This document shows, one piece after another, positions 12,378 through 24,368 of a stretch of DNA of 39,217 bases (positions within the stretch are counted from its first letter, which is position 1; every line of letters begins with the position of its first letter). The stretch spans positions 1,696,794 through 1,736,010 of the forward strand of contig NW_003526945.1 of NCBI RefSeq assembly GCF_000181795.1, read 5' to 3'. Below the pieces are notes generated by a model, which searched no databases, was not told the DNA's origin, and saw nothing but the letters and a program-made list of their open reading frames with translations. Origin of the DNA: Trichinella spiralis. Lineage: Eukaryota. The position numbers and the translations under genes were made by a program.

Positions 12378-14734
12378 ATGCTCGACTATATTCACCTGAT
12401 TGCCGGTTTGGCTGGTGGTTTTGTTAGTACACTTGTTGTCCATCCATTAGATCTTTTGAAAATTCGACATGCGGGTATGGAAAATGCAACAGATAAAAGC
12501 TTTTTTTTTATTTTAAAATTTTCCTCATTTTATGCGTGTAAAATTATTGTATTGAATATTAAACAAGCCAGTTGAAACAGATGCAGTGATTATCGTTTAA
12601 CAATAGGCAACTTGCCTTGTTAATTGATAATTAATTTTTATGTTAAATGAAAAGAAAATTAGTTCATATTGTTAAGTAATTAATTTCACTTTCAATTTAA
12701 TTCAGTTTTATTTCATCATGATTTTTGTGTTTTGAAAATTTATTTCTCATTTCAGTTAACGAAAAATATTCCGGGCTGCGCCCTGCTCTGAACAATTATT
12801 TGCATTCTGCTTGTTCGATTTTCAGAGAACGATCTTTTATTGGCTTCTACCAAGGAATCACGCCAAATTTAATTGGATCAACGCTTGCATGGGGCTTGTA
12901 CTTTGCACAGTAAGTAATTTTGTGATTGACACATTTTTACACTTTGATATAGGAAAAAACGGAACATTTAATCTGCTAATTATTGAATAACGCTAGTTTG
13001 TAACGTTTCAATTGAAAATGACACAAATTAGCATTTTTCACTAGCGACTTTTATTTTGTTGCTTTTCCAGTCTTCATTTCTTTATTTGATCTAATATATA
13101 AATTGGCATTCACAAGTAGCAGCTCCTGTAAATTGGAACTATAAAACAGTTTAAAAAATTAAAAACAAAAAGAGTGCATCATTGTCAACTTTTGACGAAA
13201 ATGCTTCGAAAAATAAGCTTATATAATATATATATATATATCTATATATATATTTCAGGGGTTGTTTTTGATTTTTTGTTTTTTCACTGGAAACAAAGAA
13301 GCAAGTTTTCAGTATTTAATAAGATTAGAAAAAATTTTTTTGTAACTACGAATGTTATTATAATGTAGGTAGTTCTTTTGTTTCTGATTATCGAATATTT
13401 ATTAATTTGTATTGGTTTAGTCAAATGTTGTAGGAATTTTCAAAAAGCAGTTATTTTTTGAAAATTGGATTCTCTTGCTATTTTTTAATCTTATATTACA
13501 TTATTTTATTTTTAGATTAAATATTTAGCTGAATTATTTGATTAATTTTTTCTGATTTAGATATAACTGGTTTAAAGATTTTCTACGTCAGTGGTTTCAA
13601 CTAGAAAACTTGTCAGCTTGGCACGCGCTTATTGCTGGAATCTACGCTGGTAAGACAAATTTATATATAATAAATAAGTTTAAATAAAGATAAATAAATA
13701 TGTATTATCTTGTATATGGATTCAAATTTATAAATTATCGTAATGAAATGTTATTGACTGACGTTGTTTTTTGATGATTCAATTATTTATTTCATATATA
13801 TTGATGATTTGTATATTTTCGATATTTTTGTGTAAAGTGAAGTGTACAAATAATTTCATCTAGTTGAAATCACAGTTTGGTGGTTTATTTTAGGAAATGT
13901 TACACTGTTGCTTACAAATCCAGTATGGGTTGCAAAAACACGACTCTGCTTGCAATATGAAAATCAACCAAAACAATACCGAGGTATGATTGATGTACTG
14001 GTAAAGCTTTATCGGATGGATGGAATCCGTGGGTTGTATAAAGTGAGCGTATTTTGCACTCTTTTATCATCATTATTATTATTTTGTTTGTTTTTTTAAT
14101 ACAGGGCTATTTGCCTGGTATTGTTGGTACATCACACGGAGCTATACAGTTTATGGCTTATGATGAACTGAAGAAGCATTTTGGCAGCCACGAACCCGTA
14201 TACATTTTCATTTTTGCATTTTGTGTTTTGAAAATTTTTATTATCACCGAACAGTAGTATGAATAAATGTTTGAAAAGCATTTTTCATTACCGTTGCTTG
14301 TTACTTCTGTTGAGTCAGCAGTACTTTTTTAAATATAAATTTTTTTCTTTTTAGAAAGCTAGTGAACATTTAACATTTGCTGTTCTTTCGAAATCATTTG
14401 CCGTGCTAAGTACTTATCCATACCAAGTGATCCGAGCTCGTCTTCAAGACCAACATTTAAAATACAACGGTATTATGGATGCTGTTAGCAGAACATGGAG
14501 GTGGTTGCAGTGCAGTATTTTTTTCGTTTCAACCGATAATATATTATTATTATTATTATTGTTATTTTTGAATTTAATTTCAGGCGCGAATGGTTGTATG
14601 GATTTTACAAGGGCCTTTTGCCAAGTTTGCTGAGGGTTACACCGGCTACATGCATCACGTTTCTCATTTATGAAGAAGTGTCGAAATATTTGACTGCATT
14701 GCAAACTGAACGAACTTTAACTGAAAAATTTTGA
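12378..14734 (+). CDS. SLC25A32: Mitochondrial folate/FAD carrier (SLC25 family)
   Basis: Exons about 12378-12474, 12756-12910, 13561-13649, 13894-14043, 14105-14197, 14355-14500, 14584-14734. Three carrier repeats with [23 protein letters not shown] (Trp in place of the acidic residue, typical of the folate/FAD subfamily) and [14 protein letters not shown]; also [12 protein letters not shown] and [15 protein letters not shown]. Confidence 0.93.
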
Positions 14735-16342
14735 ACAAAGTTTGCTTTGTTGCATATATATCCGGTATAAAATGTATATTTTGATTTATAGTTGCCACAT
14801 GTTGGATTTTAACAAAATTTAGCCGTTGATTGCACGTCATCGTTCGTGCGTGCACAAAGTGAAAATATTGATCGATGATTTTTTTTCTCAATTTTCTTTG
14901 TAGTATTTAATTTTAAAATTTTTAGCTTAAATTTATTGGAAATTGCCTGATTTGTTTATTTGTTTGTTTGTTTGTTTGGATTTTGTTTTTAAATAGTCGA
15001 GTGGGTTGGCCATTCAAAAATGGTGAATTTGTAGTAAAAGTAAAAGGTTCTCATGTAGTATCTTTTTTTTTTCTTTTTCAGCATTAAAATCGTCTCGCTC
15101 AAAGTTTCGAAGCAGGTTATTTATTTAGAAGCGGTGTGCAAGAAAGTTGTTTTTCTGTTCTTGTCATCATTAAAAAAATACGAACAGTGAAAGCATAAAA
15201 AAGTAAAAAATCAAGCACACTATTTTATGTTTTGTTATTTATTTATTTATTTTTATAAAAATTTTAATGCATTTTTACAAAGTGGTATTTTTTTATATTG
15301 TCGGTTGAGAGTGAAACAAAAGATGCAACGGCGACAGCACCATCAATTCTTCTTGCCAAACCATCCCATTAAGCGTTGGATGTGATGTTCTCCATTGAAT
15401 AGACTAGGTGATATGTTTTGTTGTTTTTCGATTTTATTTGTTTGTCATTTTTTTGCATTCAACTGCAATTGTGATGATGATGCGGTGATGCTTTTGACAG
15501 ATGAATACAGTCTGATGAACTTACAGTTGAATAGAAATACATTTTGACAGTGTAGTTGACTTATCAGTTCCGCTCCGAATGTTGCTCACAGTTGATCGCA
15601 TCTGCATATTGACTGACCAATGCAAATCCGTACTCATTATTTAGGGGGCTGTTTCGAGATACTACTCTTTTGTCGCTTCGTTCAGCACCTCGGTTCAACT
15701 TTGTCGCTCCATTTTTGTATTTGCTTTTTGAAAATTAATTTGCTCGCTTGCTTGTTCACCAACTATCAACCTTGACTGGAGAATTACTGTATGTTCTGGG
15801 ATTGAAAAGCGTGAAGTAGAAATTTTGCCCACGCCCTTGGGAGAATGTCTGTCTTCTTTTGTGCGTATTGCAAAATTAGCAAATGTCAAATTATGAGTTT
15901 AGACTAAACTTGGTCATATGAAGTGAGCATTTGTGTCGTTTTAATTAGTCTGTTCTAATTAAACTGGCATTTTAATCTATAACGTGCTGTGCTGCTTACG
16001 AATAAGAACACTTCACCGCAAATTTGTTGCAATTCTTCTCTTTCTCTTGGATCAAAAGTCCGACAGGTAACCAATCTTACTTTAACCGCATACCATCATT
16101 ATTTCTCTTCACTTCTCCAATCTTGTTGTTGATTGCTTTTTTTGGTTGTCAAAAAATTTGCATGCAGTTTAAATTTAAATTTATTTTCACAAATTTCAAA
16201 CGCTTCTTCACAGTCAACTTTTTACAATATTCCACATTTTTGAGAGGCAATTGATAATGCTAACAGGATTCTGTTTCAGAAAATAGAAATTCAATTTTCA
16301 TTTTCACCTATACAAATTGTGCAGGTTGATAGTTCCGTTGCG

Positions 16343-17210
16343 ATGTTCATGCTGTCAGTTGTGCTCTTCGGAACGTTGGTCAATTATGGAATGGCGTCCA
16401 ACGTTGGCCGTGGCAATTGGATTCCAGTGTATCCGTTGATACCAATCGGTGAAAAGGAACCAGAGTTTACCCAAAGACCCCGCCCAGCTGCTGCTTCGAC
16501 CGCACCGCCGGCTAGAACGGAGGCGGTCGTTTCGGACGTGAAAATTGCCGACGTGGGACGTGAATACCGGCGGCACACGTCGCAGGATCCGTTTTATGCC
16601 GACATACCTGATCAAGAAATCGACTACATTCCCACATCCGGCGCCGAATCATCGTGCAAACGGCACGAGCACTGTTACGAGAAGCGAGAACCGTCCGAGT
16701 GGTGCATCTTACAAGCTGGCATAAAATACACGTGAGTATTGTTCAAAATTAACAATTTGCACAATCGATTTATCTACTACATTGCACGCGACACACGACA
16801 GTAGTTGTTTTTGAGCACATTTTTTATTGGCAAGAATTAATTAAGAATTCGATTGAGCAATTTTATTAACATTAACATATTGACTACTTTAACTTGTATT
16901 ATTTGGACGAATTTTTTCTCTCTTTTCTGCATCAGCGATTTCAAAAAAAACTGTCTCAACATACAATAATTAAAACAACTTTCATTAATATACTATAAAA
17001 AAATATGTGAAATTAATCATTGTTGTTGTTGTTGTTGTTGTTGTGTATTATGGAAGTTTCGCTTGTTTTTCGAGTTCCGCCTATTTTAGCACTCGTGGTT
17101 GTTTTTGCGATAAAGTGTTCGGTGCGTGCGTGATTGACCGTTCAGTGAATGGGAAATATGAATGGACTTTTTGTTCGGAGAAGAAAAATAATCCATGCAA
17201 TTTATTATAA
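16343..17210 (+). CDS. Small putatively secreted protein, about 169 aa, with a C-terminal 8-cysteine domain; family unknown
   Basis: Exons 16343-16731 and 17090-17210 (GTGAGT...TTTTAG, frame preserved). Hydrophobic N-terminus MFMLSVVLFGTLVNYGMA, a Pro/Ala/Thr-rich linker, then SSCKRHEHCYEKREPSEWCILQAGIKYTTRGCFCDKVFGACVIDRSVNGKYEWTFCSEKKNNPCNLL*. Confidence 0.8.
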
Positions 17211-17669
17211 AGGAAAACAAAAGCCACATTGTTCAAATTTTTCTTCATAAAATATCATACACTGAATTCATTATTATTATTATTATTATTATTAATTTAT
17301 TCCTTTAATAACCTCCTACACTACAAGTCGCACTGATTCATTTATAGTTAAGAAAGAAAAAAGAATTATCCAATTTTTGTTTCGTGCTTCTGCCGAAACT
17401 TTACTTTTAAATTGTTGTTGAAAATGAAATTACAAATTTATGAGATTTAATTTGACATATTGTCACTGCTTTTGTTCATACAGAATACCTTTTTTTTCGA
17501 ATATTGTCGCTGGTATTATTTATTTTGTTTAGAAACGTCATTCTGCATTACTTCTTACATTTCTGATTACAGTCACTTCCTCAAATAAGCAGGTAAGTAC
17601 GGTTTCATGTAAATTTGTATAGATCTTCAAAAACTCGTCTTTGTAATTACTTTCTCTTTAGGTAATGTC

Positions 17670-18283
17670 ATGAAATCTGAACGAAATAACTTGAAAAACA
17701 GTTCAGCCAGTTTTGTCCTCCCTACGGCGGGATACTTGAATGCATGGTACAGTAATAATACAACTTTGGTACAAAATTATACAGTACTGTTGTTTTTGCA
17801 TTATCGGATCAGTGGCATATTTCAACAATCCTGAAGAACATGCTTGTTACTGCTTTTTCAAGGCCGTTCTTCAGGGTGCGTGGTGCCATTATTTACTTCA
17901 AATTTGTCCATTTTGCATGATCCATTATTTTAACATTTTTTGTAAATTTTCATAGACTTATTGCAACTGCAGTTAGAACAAACGTGGCGGTTAGTGAACA
18001 ATTAACATCGTTCATTTTTGCTCTGCGGCTATCTTTTTATAGCGTCAATTCTTACTGCGAAAAGGGCAGAGTTTTAAATTTTACAATGAAACTCGTAACT
18101 GCTGCGAAAAGTAAATCAATTTGGTTTTTATTTTACATTATTTTTCATTGCATTGTTTGATTGATAAATTTTTCAGCTGATCAGATTTGTATGGCAGGAA
18201 TTTATTTTGGAAACTTGTTAGCATCTGAAATGAACAAGAGTATGATAAATGATCGCATCGAAGGCAGTTTACAGAGCAGCTGA
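17670..18283 (+). pseudogene. Possible decayed MARVEL/CMTM-like four-TM membrane protein gene
   Basis: Plausible GT-AG introns at 17593-17661, 17876-17955 and 18111-18176, but no continuous spliced frame. Hydrophobic fragments in shifting frames: GYLNA / IIQYCCFCIIGSVAYF / QTWRLV / EQLTSFIFA / CGYLFIASILTAK / KLVTAA..ICMAGIYFGNLL, in the order expected of MARVEL helices. Confidence 0.3.
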
Positions 18284-18290
18284 CGTCTCA

Positions 18291-18870
18291 GATGGTGGTA
18301 TCTGTGACAAAGTGGCAAAGATTTTGACTGGTACTGATGAAGCGGCCAGTATTCTAGGTTTGAGCACAGCTAACGGAAAGATGTGAGTTTCCAACAGTAC
18401 GCTTATAAAAGGTGCATGAAGTCAAGTATCGACACCTGTATCTGAATGAATGTTTTTCCAAAAATGATCCCCGGCAGCTTGTCTGACCGTTGGCGTCTTG
18501 AATAGATACAAGATGGATTGTAGCAGAATGGCAGCGAGGAACGCTAGTCTGGAAGCTGGTGTAAAGAAAGTTGATATAGAGTAGATGGATTGTCTTTGTC
18601 TAAAGAAGCATATGAGAAAGAAAGAAAAATAAGCAAGCATCGCCTCTGTAATGTGCTGGCAGTTGTTTTTATCGATTTTTTGTTATCTTTTCTTGCAAAA
18701 ATGATTTCAAATACGTAAACAGAAACTGTGGAAAATATGGGAGAGAAAAAGAAACAGACTGACTTCGACGCTGGATTCTTCAGCTAAACTAAGCATAAAT
18801 TATGTCCATTATCCTCCTACAGAATGACAGCAAAGCAGGTTTGACATAATTCAGAATGTTATGGAACAGC
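18291..18870 (+). mobile_element. Possible heavily decayed LTR-retrotransposon protease/RT-start remnant
   Basis: DGGICDKVAKILTGTDEAASILGLSTANGKM* resembles a retropepsin LxDTGAxxSI...LxTANG; five single-base changes would restore LIDTGAAVSI. Followed by MDCLCLKKH and VVFIDF (like GxDFLxKH...IDF). Many stops and frameshifts. Confidence 0.25.
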
Positions 18871-19517
18871 CACTAGAATTTATTTTTACAAAGAACAACT
18901 TGAACGGAGTAGAATGCCCAGAGGCGCAGGAAATGCACATGAAATGAAGATGGATTGTGCTTACTGAGTTGCATGTTGCAATTCCAGTGACAATGATGTT
19001 GAACAATAGACAAGTCAGAGAGCAGAGCTTGTGAAGGTTTGTCGAAAATCACATACAATCACATGAGGCGAAAGTTTTACCAAAGAAAAGAGATGTTGGA
19101 ATCAGTACAGTCAGTAGTCATTTCTGAATAAAACGGCATCATTTTAAATGAACAGAAATATGTTGTGTAGGAAAATTGCACAGACAACGATTGCACATTG
19201 AAGTTTTATACTATTGAAATGAGAGATCAGTAGTAGAAGCAGTGCATTTGAAAAAAATTAAAGCGGTGTGTTGAAGAAGTTCAGTGGGTCTGTGGAGCGT
19301 TGCCAGAGGAAACTCACAAGGAGTAAATTACGTTCGTATACTTAATAATGAAATATGTTGTATATTTTTATGCACGAGGTTAATGAAGTAATTCAAAATG
19401 AAAACAAGAGACTTGTTGAGTGAAATTTTAATTTTCGTGCAAATTCAATATTTCATGAGAAACAAACATCATACGGAAGTCGGTCACATGCGCATTATTT
19501 TTCGTCACCTTTAAATT

Positions 19518-20275
19518 TCACTGCTTAACATTTGCGTTATCTTTTTCACTTGCTTTTTCACCTACTGTTTTCACAGTTGGACCAGGTCTTTCAAATTTTT
19601 TGAACTCCTCAGATTTTACTAATCTGTTAGCCAACCGGACCAATGTCATAAATGAAGTAGTTCGCCAGAACTGCTGCAGTGCTTCTCGTATACGAAGGTC
19701 GTACATCCCGTTGAGGAACTGCAATGTCGATAGGCTCTCCTTCAACTTCCGGTTTGTACGTCGAAAATTGAACTTCATAAACGTTTTTATCCGTCCAGCA
19801 TATGCGTACATCGACTCCTTTTCACCCTGCTCTATGTCACAGAGCAACAGTTGTAAGTCGCCATCAGCATTGATGCGAAAAGTTTCCTTCAAAAACGTCA
19901 TTAACTTTTTTATTTCTGTTTCTGAACTGATATCAAAAACAATCAAAACATCTTTTATGTGAATCGGTAATGCATTCCATAACAGTACGCGTTGCATTTC
20001 ACTTGGAATGTTTTCTGATTTAAAGTACTTTTCGACTTCGTTCATCCAGTCTTTTATATTCTGGAAATTCTTTATTTTCGGCAAAGATTCATGACTATAA
20101 TTTGAAGATGACAACAATACTGAATTATCGATGGCTAATGTCCTGAAGAAGGGCGTCAGTAAATCTGGAATATTATCATTATCATCCTCCTTGCAAAATT
20201 TGCTGAGCTAGAAAAAGAAATTTATTTCAAATGTGAAAATTTCAAAAAAAGTTTACATAAACCTACCACAGCCAT
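19518..20275 (-). CDS. Stand-alone Ty3/gypsy-type Gag capsid-like protein, 232 aa, spliced; candidate domesticated gene
   Basis: Exon 1 20275-20267 (ATG GCT GTG), 59-nt intron 20266-20208 (GTAGGT...TTTCTTTTTCTAG), exon 2 20207-19518 open. Capsid N-lobe-like LPKIKNFQNIKDWMNEVEKYFKSENIP, major-homology-region-like QGEKESMYAYAGRIK, C-lobe-like QFLNGMYDLRIREAL...TSFMTLVRLANRL. Confidence 0.75.
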
Positions 20276-21532
20276 GTGAAAAATGACAACTTGCTTCGAG
20301 CGGACGATCGCACTAGTGAAATTCGCACATTAATGAAAAGCATGCTTGAAGGGTAAGTAGGACACAATTGAAGAAACGATTTTCAGGTAAATATTTTTTA
20401 ACCAAATGCCAAATTAAATAATTCACATGCAAATAAAATAAAAGGAAAAGTTTTTAATCATTTTTTTATGTATAAATTTTTTTCATTAAAAATTGTAAAT
20501 GTAAATAGCATTTTTTGATAGTTCTTTAATTTTAATGTGACGTGAAATAAATTTTTGAATGTCTTAAAATATGAAAAACGTTTAGAGTTCATTAATGTTT
20601 CAAAATGCCATTACTATTATAAATAAGTGATATCCTGTACTTATTCGAAGTTAAATATTACACTTGCGTTCAGTTTACTGTCTTTTGTTATTCCTTTAAT
20701 TTTATTTTGATTGTGAGGAAAATTTTTAATTTATATATTATTTCAAAATTATTGTTTTTTAAATTAAAATGTAACGCCTATCTATACAGTGACAGGCATT
20801 CAAATGTATTCTTAACGCGGAAGTTGAGATACTGTAATTGATTGAGTATGTTGGAATATTGATTTTAATTCGATTCACATAAGCACTATTCCAGCAGGAC
20901 AGTGTGTGTTTCTTAAGATCTTTAAACTTGTGTAATACGACGCATCTGTGTAAGCTGTTTAAACAGCTTCTAAATGAATTCTTTGCGCTTTTTTAAAAGG
21001 CATTGATTGCATAATGTAGATCACGCATCACACAGCAGTACTATGGCTCGTTGCACTATCGCATAATTATTCAAATGTTTCTATGATTGTCTATTTTCTG
21101 ACGCTAATTGAGACTGTCTAATTTTAATTCTGAAGAATTATAATTTATAATACTTTTTTGACCTCTTAAAATAGAAATTTAAATAAATCAATACATTTTA
21201 TTTTTCTTTAACGCATGAAATGCAGTTTGCAGGTGCTGGATTTTTCTTGTTTTAGATCATTGTTGCACACTAGCATTGCGAGTTTTGAAAATGGATGTCG
21301 AAAAATTAAAGAGAAGCTTTTTTATAGCAGAAAAAGAAAGGTAACTAATTTCAATTGATTGGCTTTATTTTAAATCACACCAAGTAGAATAATAAATAAA
21401 TAGTAAATAAAATAAAATAAAATAAAACTGAACTGAACTTGCAGCATGATGAACAACACATTGGGAAAATAGATTTGAAGAGTTAAATTCTTACAATATA
21501 TGAAACGTTAAATATAAATTGTCATTAAGTAA

Positions 21533-22645
21533 TTAATTATCACTGAGTTTCAGTTTAGCCCGGTTGACCATTTCCATGAACTGCATCCGGAAATCAGCGT
21601 TTTCAAATATCGCAGCAAAAGTGCCTTCGATACTTCTATTATTCAATCAGTGGTATTTCTGCATTGCCACATGAAAGCGTTGTTCATCAGGGATGACGGA
21701 CGCATGTTCAACTGACTGGTAACACCATGATTCAGAACAATTTTTTGTGATTTCTCCTCACTCATGAAAATTATGTATGTGCCGGTTCGTTTGTTAAATA
21801 ACAATTTCAAAGCACCAGTACCGATTTCTTCATATGATTTTTTGTCTTCTGTTATCAAACTATATTTATAACAACTATATTCACAGATGAAATTTACTTC
21901 TTGTTCATCACTGGGCACTTCCATCATCTCCAACAACTGTTCTTCCGCAATCATTTGTGACTTTATAACTTCAAATTCACCCACCTACTTCTTGGTTTTT
22001 GTACTCTTTTGAAATAGTTGAAGAAAGGCAGGATTTTGCTTGCTGTTCAGAACAGACTTCTGTGTTCTTTTCTGCTTGTTTCTGACGTTGGAAACTGCTT
22101 GCCCCTGTTGGAAAATTAGCCCAAAGCTGAAGTTTGCTATCTGATTCCTTTTCATCTCTCTTTATGATCTTTTGCTCCGCAACAGATTTACTGTTTGAAA
22201 CCGTTTCTGAGCCGTTAATGGCGGACACTTGCATTTTAGAAGTTGTTGAATCGTAAAATTCCTGACTTTTCAAGTTCTCATATTTCGAAATTAGAGCATC
22301 TTTAGTTTTTAAAGTTCCTGCTGGAATACAAATTTTCTCTACTGCGTAGTTTTCATTGTTCAAACGCATTGTTTCAACATTTCCATCAAATTGCGAAGCA
22401 CATCGAGAAATAATACCTGATTCAATTATCGAGTATAACCTTTTAGTGGTATCCTGAACATTCTGAACATTAACATTTAGATCTTTATTCTGCTGCTAAA
22501 ATTCAATATTTTGCAAACTGAAACTGCGCAGAAATTCTGAAAACTGTAACATATTTACCGTTATGATTTTTAGCTGTTCTAAAATCATATCTTCTTTATC
22601 ATACTTTGCTTCACACTCAGGAACTGAATGTTGCTCGTTATTCAT
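21533..22645 (-). pseudogene. Ran-binding domain (RanBD1) protein gene with two frameshifts
   Basis: Exon 22645-22559 (MNNEQHSVPE...), intron 22558-22496, open frame to 21977, frameshift near 21985 into RanBD (YKYSL..KKSYEEIGTGALKLLFNKRTGTYIIFMSEEKSQKIVLNH...AFMWQC), second frameshift near 21645 into the missing RanBD end (IEGTFAAIFENADFRMQFMEMVNRAK), TAA at 21533. Confidence 0.7.
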
Positions 22646-24368
22646 TTCAGTTTTAACACACGTCGACTAAACGAATATTCTATGTATCTTTTTGTTTATA
22701 GAGATCGTATTCATTTTAATTTCTGAAAATATGAATGACATTATTTTATCTGTTAAAAACTGTCATCATTTTCATGGAGCAATATGAAATACCTGTATTG
22801 AATAGAATTTAAAATGAAGAAGCAGTTCATATTACTTCAAGTGAACTTGAAATATGACATAAAACCATATAACAATTAAATTGAATTACACGTGAAATAA
22901 AATGCATTACGGAATAAAAAATGATTATGAGTAAATTTTTCAAAATGAAGCCTCTCATGCTAGGCTACACTTAAGTGTTTTGTTTACCTGTATTTATATA
23001 TAACTCTTATTATTTATAACTACTGAATATAATTGTTATATTAAAATAAGCACATTCACCAAACACAAGAAGGGTCGTAAAATGCTAGAAATGTAAGCAT
23101 GAAATCGTAGTTGCATGCGTGTAAAGAAATGACAGTAATAACTAATTTACAGTATGTAAAAGCATTATTATGAGTAATCCACAAAATTTGTAAAGATCTG
23201 AGAATTTGAAATCTTATGATACTGAAAGTTATAAAAATTTTTAATGTCCTTAAACATCTATAATTAGCTAAAACACGCATGAATTAATTCAATTTAATAT
23301 TTTTTAGTTATGTGATGATGTGGCGTTTATCTGCAACAATTCTACAGTAAAATAGAAAATTCAAGTTTTAAATCAAACCTAATTCGTCACCTTACGCAAA
23401 AAATTCCATTCAAACACAAAATTTTTTGTTTTTCTGCTTTAATAATTCGAAATAAAAAAATATCAAAGTCATCAATAGGATTAAAACTGTATTACTCAAA
23501 AAGAATTCTCTTTTAAAATCTTGAAATGCGAATTGTTTCTCTGACATTTGTTTGTAATGGCTAAAATGAAAATTGCAATTTTTTAAGAATAAGAAAGAAG
23601 CATTTTTCAAAACGTTTTAAGTCTCAGTTTATCATCGAATAATGATTAAGGTGTGAGATCTAGCGGGCACAAATAATATTGCATTTCAATCCTTTAACTC
23701 AGCCAATAGCTGCAAAAAATTATCAAAATAATAATTGGCAAGAATGTTCATTTTAAACAGTTGAAATGGTGAAATATTATTTAATAAAAACGCTTAACTA
23801 TATATTAAAGATTAGGATTTATTTGATAACGATTCATTAAAATTTCAAATTAATTGGAGAATGTAAAAATCACAGCAATATCACCAGCAATGACATCACT
23901 GTTGATTGCAACAGCTTAACCAGTTTTGACCTACTTAAACGTCAAACATGACTGTTGCTTTTCTTTTGCTACTAGCTATTTTAAATTAAAACACTCTTAA
24001 TACCATTACTGATAGCTGCTAAAGAGATTGTGCGCTGTGATTGACAGCATTTTCAGCACTTTCAGTCAACATTTTCTGTTAGTCTGACCTAGGACTTTTC
24101 TATGATTTCGTTTAATTTTAATGCTTTAATATTTTTAATTATCTTGTTGTCTTTTTAATCTTTTATTGTCTTTTGCGTTATTTTTTACCAATGCGCGTTA
24201 TTTTTTCTTGTGCAGCGTCACATTTTCTAGTGTACATCTATTGGCTATCTTAATTGCATTGCTATTGGCTTCTGCGGCATATGCCAACCAGATTAAGCGA
24301 CGCACGTTGCTGTTCTCTCAACCCTTGAATGTACGTTGCGCTATTCACGAAAGTATTTGTAAGTGAAG

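Noticed and set aside
19600..19962. 120-aa + strand ORF
   Set aside because: Antisense shadow of the gag-like ORF.
20272..20360. Short open frame ending at a consensus GTAAGT donor on the + strand, divergent from gag
   Set aside because: No convincing downstream exon found, so a gene cannot be supported.
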